This document shows positions 52,701 through 64,000 of a DNA stretch of 64,000 nucleotides, one piece after another. This stretch comes from Trichosphaerium sp. ATCC 40318 (lineage: Eukaryota > Protista > Tubulinea). The position numbers were made by a program, and so were the translations under genes. The stretch spans positions 208,663 through 272,662 of the forward strand of contig JALMLS010000232.1 in the NCBI GenBank assembly GCA_038496445.1, given 5' to 3'. Below the pieces are notes generated by a model. That model searched no databases and was not told where the DNA came from. It saw only the letters and a list, made by a program, of their open reading frames with translations. Position 1 is the stretch's first letter; the number at the start of each line of letters is the position of its first letter.

Positions 52701-52993
52701 ACGTTGTTCCACGTTTACGACTACATCCGCCATAGAAGTTACAAACGCTTTTCAATTTCAAAATGTAGGCCTTTTAATCATGTGTAAACAAGGAACAATT
52801 TGGTTAATACTTCTCAATGAAAGGCTGCTCCTGTGGAGCGCAAAAACTGTATTTGATCACTGCTAGGCAGCGTAACACCATTGAGTTCGTTGATGGTTCG
52901 TGACGCTTGTCCAAAGAATGGCAGCCATCTGGGTTTTTTTAAAATTGTATGTTGGTATTGTGATCTGATTTCTGGCTTTAATCACGTTTTGAA

Positions 52994-53691
52994 TCATGAA
53001 GAAGGAGTCTCTTGTAACTTCAGTAATCCGTTCTTATCAAGACGATAAACAAGCCATGCTTTTGTTCTTGTGATACCGAGATCAGTCCAAAATTTCTGTT
53101 GTTGTTCGTCCGTCTTCTCTACTTCAAGTTTAAGCCTAGAGAATGTGTCAAAGCGATAAAAAAAGCGACATTAAGCGTTTCAACAGTATTAGCACCTCTT
53201 GCAGTCCTTTTTACAAGCAATATCTGCTACATGCTTCATCAGCGCAGTAAGTACTCCTTTATCGTTGTCGCTAGCGTATATTTCCTCTAGCTGTAGTTCT
53301 TTTCCTTCCCAAGTTGAATACCTTTCTTGTGGTTATTAATTTGTTAAGTCGCTAGTTTAGAACCTGAAGTAGTATAAAGCCAAACCTAGTGTTAGTTAGC
53401 GTTTTTGGGAATGACATTTTATAAATGAACGTGCCAACCGGTTTCGCCTCTATAAATGCTATTGCTACATGAACACAATCCCCAAGATCTCGTTTAATAG
53501 CTTTAAGAAGTGTCAGTGGATGTTAGTGTATTTTTTCATACAATCAACCGTTAGATTCGTTTCACGCTCTCTAACACCCAAGTAAGCCTAAAGGCCGTTA
53601 TTTTAGTTTGTTTATGTGTTGAAACCTTCAACAGATCGAAAATAGTCCCAGCATCGTCTTTGGTAGCGTCTCTGACGAGACACAGCGCCAT
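52994..53691 (-). CDS. Diamine/spermidine acetyltransferase (SAT)-like GNAT, divergent; absent from the ORF track
   Basis: Short exons: MALCLVRDATKDDAGTIFDLLK; GFALYYFR|YSTWEGKELQLEEIY; ACKKDCKR|LKLEV...KFWTDLG...WLVYRLDKNGLLKL. Confidence 0.75.
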
Positions 53692-53906
53692 GGTAACTCG
53701 TACAAACAGACGAAAGCCAAAATCCCAACTTAAGAACTTGTGCTAAGTTTTGCAATCAATCAAGAGCAACCCTATGTTTTGATTCTCCGTTATCATTATC
53801 ATTATGATGTTCGTACTGAAGGTTTTTTATCGCACGTGTTGACCACAGCGGAACAATTTTGAAAACTGGAAACGAATTCGTGAGCAGACTCAACGTTTAA
53901 AGCAAG

Positions 53907-54605
53907 ATGAGTACAGAAAAAACGTTTGTTAAGGTAACAAAGAATGAATTGGTTCTCTTAGAGATAAATAAGCTTGTTAGCGATCCAAAGGCTGGTAAGT
54001 GAAGCTACAGACCCACAATTGCTTATTTTGGCGGAAAGGTGGCGTGTCATCGTTTTGTGGCGTCACAAGAAATCATCACAACGGTAAAAAAGTGCTTAAA
54101 CTAGAGTACGAAGCATACGTACCCATGGCCGAGAAGGAAATGATGAAAATATGTAAACAAATTCGGTACGCAATAAAAACAAGCTAGTCGCGTATGCATA
54201 CGCGCAAAAACTAGTTTAAAGCTATTTACTAACTTATTTGACTCCAGCGAAAAGTGGTCTGTTATTGGCGTAGCTATGTACCATCGAATAGGACAAGTAG
54301 ATATTGAACAAGCGTCTGTACGCCTTTCGATCGCTTTGCGATTGTAATCAACTTTTCCTCATCAACAAAATAGGTAATAGTAGCAGTTTCATCTGTACAC
54401 CGTAAAGAATGTATAGAGGCTATGCATTATGGTATAGATGAGTTAAAAAAGTGCGCAGATATAGCTAAAATCTACTGTTTGTTTTTCGCTAATGGTGACA
54501 ACCTACAGGTACGTTCCAGTGTGGAAAAAAGAGTATTATGAGGATGGTTCGGTATGGAAACAAAACCAAGAAGCAAAAGACGGACATCACCATTGCTGTA
54601 GCTAA
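53907..54605 (+). CDS. MOCS2B: Molybdopterin synthase catalytic subunit (MoaE)
   Basis: GGVSSFCGVTRNHHNGKKVLKLEYEAYVPMAEKEM, HRIG, VSSVHRKE, IDELK, VPVWKKEYYEDG. Confidence 0.92.
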
Positions 54606-54896
54606 CACAGAGACAACTTGTTTTGTTGTTGAAAAAAAATGCTTGTTAATAATAATTCAACTCAAATTTAATCAACAGACACGTGATCGCACAGTGCATG
54701 GACAGCAAAGTAGTAGGAAGGATGAAACTTTTTTTTACTGAACTTGTTGTGGAGAAACAATTCTCTGAGAAATTTTTTTGTTTTTTTTTTTTTCGGTTTG
54801 TGTTGTTACTGTGTCTTTTTAATTTGCATGCATACCTTTGTAAATACATAAAACAATTAGTTTAACATGTTGTTATTAAAACTAAGTGATCTCTGT

Positions 54897-55697
54897 TTAA
54901 CCAGTTGTTGGTGTCTTGATGTAAACGTGGTTTGCTTTTTCCCACTTGGTTTTTGACTTCCAAGGTTGTACTTTGTCCATCATTGGTATCAATTCCATTT
55001 CGTTCTTTGCTAGCTCGATGTAATTCTCCATTTGTATACCTATTAAGCGTATTAGAAGCGAGTTATGTATTTTTTTGTTTTTGTTACAAAGCAAACGTTT
55101 TTGAACAAAAAATTGTGCGGAGAGCGTAAGTGACGCTACAGTTAGAAGTTTGAGCGTATTATTTACCTTCTCCGAACACTTTTTCTATCTCAAAAACATC
55201 TTGTGTCTTTTCCATAACGCTGATACGCCATTTGTATACTTTTTCGAGCTGTGCTCTGTATGGCGAGCCCTAATACGGTTTTTGTTTGTATTTTAATTAT
55301 TTTGATTTTATTGCTACCTCTTCCATGTTAGAGTCTCTTAACATAACAAGTGCTTTGCGGTAAAGCTTCATTAGGATTTCTCTTGCAAACGGCTCTACTT
55401 CGATACCAACTAATCCAGTTGTACGCTTATATCCCTCTATTTCATAATTAGCAAACGATTAGACAAATGGCGCGTGCTTGGCTCTTCGTATGTATAATTT
55501 TGCTCAATAACGTTGTTTGGTGAGCGGTATTTCATGTCTGTTACTTCTACGGCATTTTCACTAGCAATGTCTGGGACATCTGTTTTTCGCCTCACGCTTC
55601 TTCTTATTGCTTGTTTCTGATTGTATTTCCTGCTGTATGCTACATTACTGCGTGTGGAGCTCGCTAGAGATGATTTAGCCCAAAGCCGTAGTGCCAT
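54897..55697 (-). CDS. NDUFA5: Complex I accessory subunit NDUFA5/B13 with N-terminal extension
   Basis: KRTTGLVGIEVEPFAREILMKLY, GSPYR, EIEKVFGEG.QMENYIELAKNEMELIPMM...PW. Confidence 0.85.
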
Positions 55698-55839
55698 TGT
55701 GTAATCTTTTTTTTTAAAGGAAACTTAACGATAGATCATTAAGTGACTCCATTGCCTACGAAAAACGTTCTGGGTTCTATATCCTACTTCAACCAACGAG
55801 TTTAACGATAAGTAGCTTCTTTTGGTTTTGCACGTGAAA

Positions 55840-56095
55840 CACCGTAGTGTCTGACCACGCCATTGTATGGCTGTTGTACGCAGCAAATGGTACCATGTTA
55901 AGCACGTGGGTATGACAACACGCTCGCGAAAAGTAAATCATTGATTTCATGTGAACCGAATATTCATGAGACCTGAAATCATTCCCTAACGCTATACAGC
56001 GTGGCAGAACTATTATCTACCTAATTAAAGTAGACACAGCACCTCACAAAGCGGAAAATTCGCATTTTTTTCGTGGTGATTTAGATTGTCCCGTT
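55840..56095. repeat. Non-coding inverted repeat, right copy
   Basis: Reverse complement of 52448-52700. Confidence 0.9.
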
Positions 56096-56238
56096 TGTTG
56101 AAACACGCTGAAATAAAAAAAAACTATTTTACCTGATTCAGATTTCTTTAAGGCCTTGTGTTACTTTGATAACAAACGAAAACGCGCTAAAATATGTTGT
56201 TATGAAGTAATTGGATGTATCTAGAAAATTGTTGTTGA

Positions 56239-57713
56239 CAATTCAACGTGGAACATGCTATTGAAGCCGATGAGGTCAAAGATATTGGTATGGCTTTTGA
56301 CGCTATCAAGAATAGATACTTTGTATCATTAGATGTACCAGAATCACCCAACTTGTTCAGAGGAGGATTCTACGATCCAAATGGGACTTCTTTGCAAGAC
56401 GTGTTGTTTGATTTGGAAAAATTTATACCAGTATCTCCAGATATTGTTGGTACTGGCACTGGTTTATATTTATACTACTTCATATCATTCTTAAGTGAAG
56501 ATGGTACAAAAGTAAGAGCAACCATACTAGACACCACAGCAGGCTTCCTTAGGATCAACCCAGTTTTTTCAATAAGTGCTTCGAGCGGCCTAGAAAACCC
56601 AAGTGCCGCCTTCAATAGTGATACAAACAAATATATGGTGGTATGGGTTAATAGAGATATCGGCGCTATATTCGGAGCATCAGTTGATGCTGTAACTGGT
56701 GATGTATCTCCTCAATTCAGAGTATCTATTTTCAATGATATCGAATCGCAAGTGAGACCAAGAATAGCTTACAATACAGTCACCAGAAATTTCTTTGTTG
56801 TTTGGCAGACGACACAAGGCAATATACAAGGAACTCATATCACTGATAGTGGAAGGATAAACGATGTTGAAATAGGGTTTGGAGCAGGCACTGTACCCAA
56901 TGTGATATCTCATGGAACAGAAGAAGAGTTTCTTGTTCTTTGGAAAGGAAATCCAATCGCTGCTAGAAAAGTCAATGGCTTTGGGTTCGCTGGACCAAAG
57001 GTGGAGCTAGTGGATTCTAGTATCTCAACAGGCACCCCATTTGGTACATTCTCAGCTTCCGAGGATGTATACGTACTTGCATATGAACAACGCAATGGCG
57101 AAAGACAGTATAAGTTCGAAAAACTAAATGAAACGTATGCCATTATTTTAATCTCTTTTTCTTATTCTTTTCTTGTAGTACACTTGAAACAATAGATGAT
57201 GTTGATCTTTTTACTGGAACAAGAACAACAGGCGATATCGTAATTGCTGCTGACACAACTGATATCGTTGGGCTTATGCCTGTATCATTTACACAAGGAG
57301 AAACCTTACTCGGCGGTGTTTCTATAAGCACCCTGCCACCTACAACTCAACCTCCAACAACACTACCACCAACAACTCCACCAACAACCGAACCACCTAC
57401 AACTCAATCTCCCACAACACTACCACCAATAGAGGCTCCCACTCTTGAACCAACAACAATAGCAGAAGCTGTAGACGCTCCACCAAGTGGTTTGGCATCA
57501 TGGGCAATCGCTATTATCGTAGTAGCTGTATTATTAGTTTTTATTCTTGTTGTTTTAGCAATGATTGCTGGTGCTTATTTTCGTCGTGGTAGAGATAAAG
57601 GAACTGAGGTTAACGTCAACGTAAACCAAGGAGAACCTCATGGACCGTCACATCAGAGTGTTCCTGTAGGAACACCTCTTGAACCTGTACCACCTCTTCC
57701 GTACTACAACTAA
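56239..57713 (+). pseudogene. Surface protein copy B', 5'-truncated (no signal peptide or start)
   Basis: Open and correctly spliceable from QFNV onward, but an in-frame TGA lies directly before QFNV and no signal-peptide exon is visible. Confidence 0.6.
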
Positions 57714-58109
57714 GAATAAAAGCCTGTATATATTATTGATTCATGTGTTTTATTCAAGTCTTGTAAGAACCGCTTTATGACGTAATCTAAGATTGCGTGG
57801 TTGTTCGGGACAGAGTCGATTTTGGATTCCCAAATAATTTACCGAGGCGAACTACCTTCAATAGGCGTACTATCGTATTCGCTTTATATTAAAAGGTGGC
57901 TCACACTCCGTTGTGTACGTGAGATATGACGATTCTCTTTATTCTTCCATTCTCCAAAACAAGTTCACGTGATCATATAAATTAAAGGAATAGCTCACAA
58001 GCTTCATAAAGTTTGAGAGAACAATTAATAATCCCAACACAATGAACACAACAACGTAAGCCATTGATCTAATAACGTATAATCATTCTAATCTAAAGTT
58101 AGTAGTTTA

Positions 58110-59764
58110 ATGACACTTTTACTGTACATCTCGTTTCTCTGCCTTCTTCCTTCTGTAATATCTTTCGGAACTGTGAGGCAATTCAACGTGATAGATCCAG
58201 TTGGATTCAATGAGGTCAAAGAAAAAGGTGTAGCTTTCGATGCAGTCACCAACAGATACTTGGTAACATGGAAAATAACTGGACGAGACTCTTCAGGAAC
58301 ATTCAATCTATTCAGAGCAAGATTCTACGATCCAAACGGCACTGCTTTGACTGATGTTTTCTTTTTTCCTTTGGGCAGTGAGGTGCCAATATCTCCAGAT
58401 ATTGTCGGTACTGGTACAGGATCGTACTTGTACTACTTCAGATCGCGAGGAAGCCAAACCACAAGAGTAAGAGGAATCCTTCTTGATCAAAACGGGTTAA
58501 TTATCAAACCAACATTTCCAATAAGTCAATCATCAACAAGTAGCCAAAACGCAAAACCAAGTGCCGCCTTCAACAGTGATACAAACAAATATATGGTAAT
58601 ATGGGCCACTCAAGATATCGTACTCAGACAAAGAGAATACGCTATATTTGGAGCATCAGTTGACCCTGTAACTGGTGATGTATCTCCTCAATTCAGAGTA
58701 TCTATTTTAATGATATCGAATGGCAAGTGCGATCAAGAATAGCTTACAACACATTTACCAAAAGTTTCTTTGCTGTTTGGCAAACGAAAGCAGACAATAT
58801 ACAAGGAAGTCATATCATCGACAGTGGAAGAGTAAATGACTTTGAAGTAAGTTTCGGAGCAGGAACCAGACCCAATGTGATATCTCATGGAACAAAAGAG
58901 GAGTTTCTTGTTCTTTGGAAAGGAAATCCGATCGCTGCTCGTAAAGTCGACGGAGCTGGTATCGCTGGATCAGAGGTACAGCTATTGGACCCTAGTATCT
59001 TGACAGACACTCCATTTGGTACATTCTCGGTGTTCGAAGGTGCATACGTACTTGCATACGACCAATTAGGAACTGAAAAACAATACAAGTTCGCAAAACT
59101 AGATGAAACGTACGACTATCCTTTCTTTTAGTATCTTTTTATTCCTTTCGTTTCTTATTCTTTTCTTGTAGTACACTTGAAATAACAGATGATTGATCTT
59201 TTTACTGGAACAAGAATAACAGACGATCTCGTTATAGCTGCTGATACATCTAACATTGTTGGATTTATGCATGTTTCATTCGCTTCAGATGAATCCTTAC
59301 TTGCTGGTGTCTCTATCTCATCATTGCTTCCGCCGCCTACTCTACCTCCTACAACACAACCTCCAACGACAACTCCACCTACAACAAACCCACCAACAAC
59401 ACTACCTCCAACAACAGAGCCACCTGTTGAACCTTTGGCAACAACACTACCACCAACAGATGCTCCTACTCTTGAACCAAATACGATAGCGGCAGCTCTA
59501 GCTCCTCCACCAAGTGGTTTGGAATCATGGGCAATCGCTATTATCGTCATTGTAGTACTTGTTGTTATTGCAGGTATTCTGGCAATCATTTTGGGCGCCT
59601 ACTTTTGTCGCCGTGGTGGTACAATAGAGAAAGGACATGAAATCAATGTCAGTGTAAATCAACCTAATCCTCAACCCGTACCTCAACCCGTACCTCAAGT
59701 ATCAACTCATCAAGCTGTTCCAATGGGATTACCTCTTCATCCACAATACAAGCAAACTGTATAA
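58110..59764 (+). pseudogene. Surface protein copy A', near-identical to A but with two frameshifts
   Basis: Relative to copy A, a C is missing after 58708 and a CG after 59192. These could be consensus errors. Confidence 0.65.
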
Positions 59765-59821
59765 AAAAATTTTCTGTTCAATAAAACTGTTTCTATCTTC
59801 CACCTTTATTAAAAGTTTATG

Positions 59822-62800
59822 TCAAAGGTATATAGCTATACGCTGATATATTGTCTGAACTAAGCCACGAATGAACATATCATCAGTTTCGTTTTCTTTG
59901 TCAAGAAAAATCTTCAGCTAAAAAGGCAAGAGTGTAAGCACAAAGGTAGTGCGAGTCAAAACACTGAAAAAAATTTTAAAATTCAAAGATTTCACAAAAA
60001 GTTTTTTTGCCTTGTGATGGCCGATACGTGGTTAAAAGTTGAATGATAATTATGTCAATTACCTTTGGTAATGCTTCCGACCATTCTTCTCTCGGTCATA
60101 CTTTAATTCAACATGAGCCATCAGTACCAAACCAAAAAGTTGTAAACTAGCTTCCTTTACTCTGAAAATCCATTCAAAATCATGAGGTCTGAACCCTTCA
60201 CCATCAAAGTAATCTGTATTACTATTTAGGTCGTTTTCATAACTTATACTACATACCAGATGAATCATTGTTCATATCAAGTGCAATTTCTTTAATCTTT
60301 GACAAGAGAGATTCATCAAGAGTTTTATCTATTTTAGACATTAACTGTTTTTCGTCAGAAACTCAGCTTACTGTAACTTGCTGCCACTCTTGAAATTATT
60401 AACACCAATTGTAAAATATGATGTTTTGAACTACTTGGATCATCTAATAAACCAACCAGCTTTGGTAATTGTGGACCAAGCGCCTCACCAACTGAAGAAT
60501 AAAATTAAAGGAATTAGCGCAAAACAAACCTCACCTTCTTTTGCTAAAGATAAGTTGGAGAGTACGAAGATGCTGTCATTTTTCATTTCAGTGGTGCCAA
60601 ATAACAGCTAAATAAGAAGAAATCCACTGTCAAGAAAACGATGGTTACCTGAGATGGCCATAGTCACAATCAAAGAAACAAGTTCTGCTCTCTAAGAAAA
60701 AACTAAGAAAAAAATCACGTGCTTAAAATTTTCTATAGTCCTAACCTGTAACACGTGTACTCTTAGATCAGGTATATGATCACAATAGTTTCCCACACAA
60801 TGAAGCAAATGACATCTAGGAGAGCTGAAACCCTCGTCTTCTTCTTCTTTCTCCTTCTTTACATCAATCTTAATAATTTTTTAAAATAATTTCTCTTAAT
60901 TCATCATCATGCAGCCAATAAGCATCTGTCTTATCTCCACCACCTAGACCAAATATTTAGTAAGAACATACAAAAAGTGTGAACATGTGACTAAAGGTCA
61001 GAGCTCAAATGCGAAAGAAAAAACATAGGCGAAGCGTTTTGAAGTGAATTGCAATTGCAGCTGTTTTAGCGAACTGAGGTTGTATCAACATTTACTACTT
61101 ACTATATCCAGCGTTGTCTAGTATAACACATAGTTTTTATATAACTTAGGCTCAACTCCATCAATATTAGGAAGTAATGCAATTATTCCTGTCCATCCTT
61201 TTCTCTTATCAATAATTTTAGTACACTCAGCTAGAAATTGAGTGGTAAGTATCAAGCACATACTCTCTTTGATGTACGTACTATAACCGCAAATACTACC
61301 CATCAATGATGCACCTGATTCCAGATAGGCGTGATCAAGTGGCAAAGCAACAAAGTCACAAATAATACCGATGAGTTTAATAGAGATTTGCTTATGTAAT
61401 TGATTACTTTCCATTGTATCATCATGTTCAAGCCTTCGCAGAGTAGTACCAACGATCACAACACAGTCGATTAGGAATGTATCATTCCCGTTTTGCATTT
61501 CTACGATAGCGCTTATCTTTCCACGACCTGGAAACAAAAGCGTGAGGAAAACCTTCGGCGCGTGTTTTCTGTTTCAATATCAAGATAATTTCCAAATTCA
61601 ATTAAAACAATACTTAAAGGACGATTGCACAAGTATTCATAGAAATGTAGGTTTTTAACAAAAGACACAACTATGAGTTTTGATAATGTTTGTGCACGAA
61701 AAAAGATAAAATGAAATGAGAAGAAAGACAAAGAGTTGTACCTGTGTACTTGGGCATTTCGATCCTCATTTTATCAACTATTGAAAACAATAAATCTTTA
61801 TCATTTGACAGATCACAGTAAGTTAAAATACGGGCAGCACTGCAACGAAGGTGAGGTTTGTCTAGCCAAATTTTAACACATTTCATAATTTCTTCGTTCT
61901 CATCTTTTCAGCCATCTCTAGATACTCCTCTCCCTCCAACGCTTTACACAAATGTACATAAGCATAAACACAGTTTTAAGAAAAAAAAGAAGAATAGAAT
62001 TGTTCCACTGAAATGCTGAACAATGAACGTACGTTGAAGCTGCCCGAAATATACCTTATAGCTTCAACTATTCCTTCTTCAGCTTCAAGATTCTCTTTCC
62101 AATCTTCAACTCTATCAAGTAACTTATCAAGTAAACCAACAGCGTGAGCACGCCTAGCTACATTCTTTGTAACCTCAGAATCTTCTTCACCACAAATAAA
62201 AGTCGCGCTGAAATGAAATGATGGTTAAGAAACGTAGAGAGTCTTTCGGTATACACATACATAAGCCAATATTGTACTTGCTACTTCTATGGCAGAAGAA
62301 AATACACCAAAGTAACCGATAGGATCCTTACTGCCGTCTTTAGATAAATCAGCCAAACAGTTCAAAACGAAAATTACTTCTTCAACACGATCGGCGCGTA
62401 TACATAAATCAATACAGCTTGTGTATGTATCCATTAGCTCAGGGTGTTTAGTGCCATACATAACAGCTATATCCTCATCCTGTGTAAGAAAACCTGTCAG
62501 CAAAAGGAATAGGTGTAGTGCTAAGCCCAGAACTAAAGAGATACTTTGCTAACAACAGAAACTTGTTGCACACCACTGGGGCTTTCGAGAAATGTATAAA
62601 CGTACAATAGCAAGTTTTAGATTTGGGTCATAAAAGCCAGTAGCTTGTGCATCCTCAAAAAAGAGTTAATTGGTTGCCATTAAAGGTGAAGTACTCTCTC
62701 TTTGTTTGACCTTAGCCAATCACGTGTACAACTTAAAAAGATTCGTGCATAACAAAAATGACAACTTTGTCACGTGACGAATCAGGAGAAATTTTTTTAG

Positions 62801-63249
62801 ACGAATTCGTACCTCGTAGAGCTCTGCAAACATGACACGTTCCTTTTTGACACGGTCAACATACATTTTGAACCAATCTCTTAAAACTTGTCAAAATCAA
62901 TTATTAGCGTTTATATTACCTTGGTTGTGCGTCTTGGAACTGTATAGCTAGTTCTAATTCGTTTAAATACCATTTTCGCGCGTACAATCGGCGGTAAAAA
63001 TGAACGTTGGTGGCAAGGCAGATATCAGCGAATCTAAGGCCATATGAGGTTTGTTTTAGGGTTAAAGTACCTTTTACAAGTAATAATAATATTTGTAAAG
63101 TCAGCAAGCGCTGTTATTTCTGAGAATACGTTTACAAGAAGCTCGTTAGGTATATCGTCAAATGAGAGCGTCAAAGATTCTTGTAATACAGAATCAGGTA
63201 TAGCACGTTTTGCAGCACTGCTATCTTCGGTAGAGCTAAGCGCACTCAT
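59822..63249 (-). CDS. F-box plus alpha-helical (ARM/HEAT-like) repeat protein
   Basis: FDDIPNELLVNVFSEI...IIITCKRF F-box, followed by many helical exons. Terminal exon LKIFLDKE...IAIYL*. Confidence 0.65.
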
Positions 63250-63357
63250 GAAGCCTCTTATAACCGACGTTTTCTTTAAACTTAAGACAGTTGACTTCAA
63301 GTTCTGCCAGTTTTTTGTTTCAAATTTCCTCTACTTGCAGTACAAGGCTTCAATTTA

Positions 63358-64000
63358 ATGCTTAACTCTATTTCTCGCGTTCACCGTTGTTCTACTGCTA
63401 CTGTAAATAGACGAAGAAGTGCTAGAACTATTAAAGTTCAAAAGAGATTTAATAGCACGGAAAATGGTTCCATTGGTGGTAAAAACGCGTTAGTTACTGG
63501 TTCTACATCTGGCATAGGTAGTTCAACTTTTTTTTGTTTAAATGACATTTTGTAGGCCTTGGTATCGCTAAAGAACTCGCTAAAAACGGTATAACAGACG
63601 TCAAACAAATAACGTTTAACAGCTTTTAATCAAAAGGATGTAATATCGTTTTAAACGGCTTTGGTGATATCAATGATATCAATAAGATTGTCAGCGATAT
63701 TAAAGAATCACACGGAGTGAAGGTGTCATACTCAGCCGCTGACTTGTCAAAAGTACGCCAGAGATAGTCCAGCCACTCTTAAGCATGTCAATGTAGCCTG
63801 ACATGATCACTGATATGATGAAAGAAGCTAAAGATAACCTTGGTGGCATTGACATTCTTGTGCGTCTTTTCACCAGAAAACATGGACAAACTGTTCGTTT
63901 CGGTATCACCGCATTTGCTTCTCTACGATTTTAATTGAACATGCATAGGTAAACAATGGAGGGATACAACATGTTTCTCCTATTGAGAGCTTTCCAGGGA
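63358..64000 (+). CDS. D-3-hydroxybutyrate dehydrogenase (classical SDR) with mitochondrial presequence; partial
   Basis: Arg/Ser-rich leader; GKNALVTGSTSGIGLGIA, NIVLNGFGD, AADLSK, GGIDILVNNGGIQHVSPIESFP. Confidence 0.85.

Noticed and set aside
1-64000. Alternative genetic code, tRNA/rRNA genes, CRISPR arrays, telomeric arrays
   Set aside because: Stops in the ORF fragments are explained by introns, and TAA, TAG and TGA all terminate genes. No tRNA boxes, rRNA or repeat-spacer arrays were seen. Other TTAGGG hits are isolated, often at splice acceptors.

Overview
Gene-dense, AT-rich, intron-rich eukaryotic nuclear DNA in the standard genetic code. It is probably an amoebozoan protist (inferred from the GTACG-type donor bias, short introns and gene content). 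About 25 spliced genes can be reconstructed by hand: an ADAM/M12B-like pseudoprotease, an FtsX/MacB-type permease, a TPR-ankyrin protein, four F-box proteins, Vps10/sortilin, NT5DC, DDX55/Spb4, a full-length telomerase reverse transcriptase (TERT), a two-RRM protein, a protein ending in a PHF5-like Zn knot, two GNATs, RBBP5/Swd1, MOCS2B, NDUFA5 and a 3-hydroxybutyrate dehydrogenase. Three points stand out. (1) TERT carries three U12-type (minor spliceosome) introns and two GC-AG introns, and I found no U12-type intron in any other gene here. (2) An ~11 kb mirror-image locus holds four copies of a surface-protein gene, one intact and three disrupted, with mosaic similarity; these flank three single-copy genes. 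(3) Several structured intergenic elements occur, including an H/ACA-like RNA and two speculative telomerase-RNA candidates near TERT. Feature coordinates are gene spans from manual splicing; internal exon boundaries are not listed and some ends are approximate.
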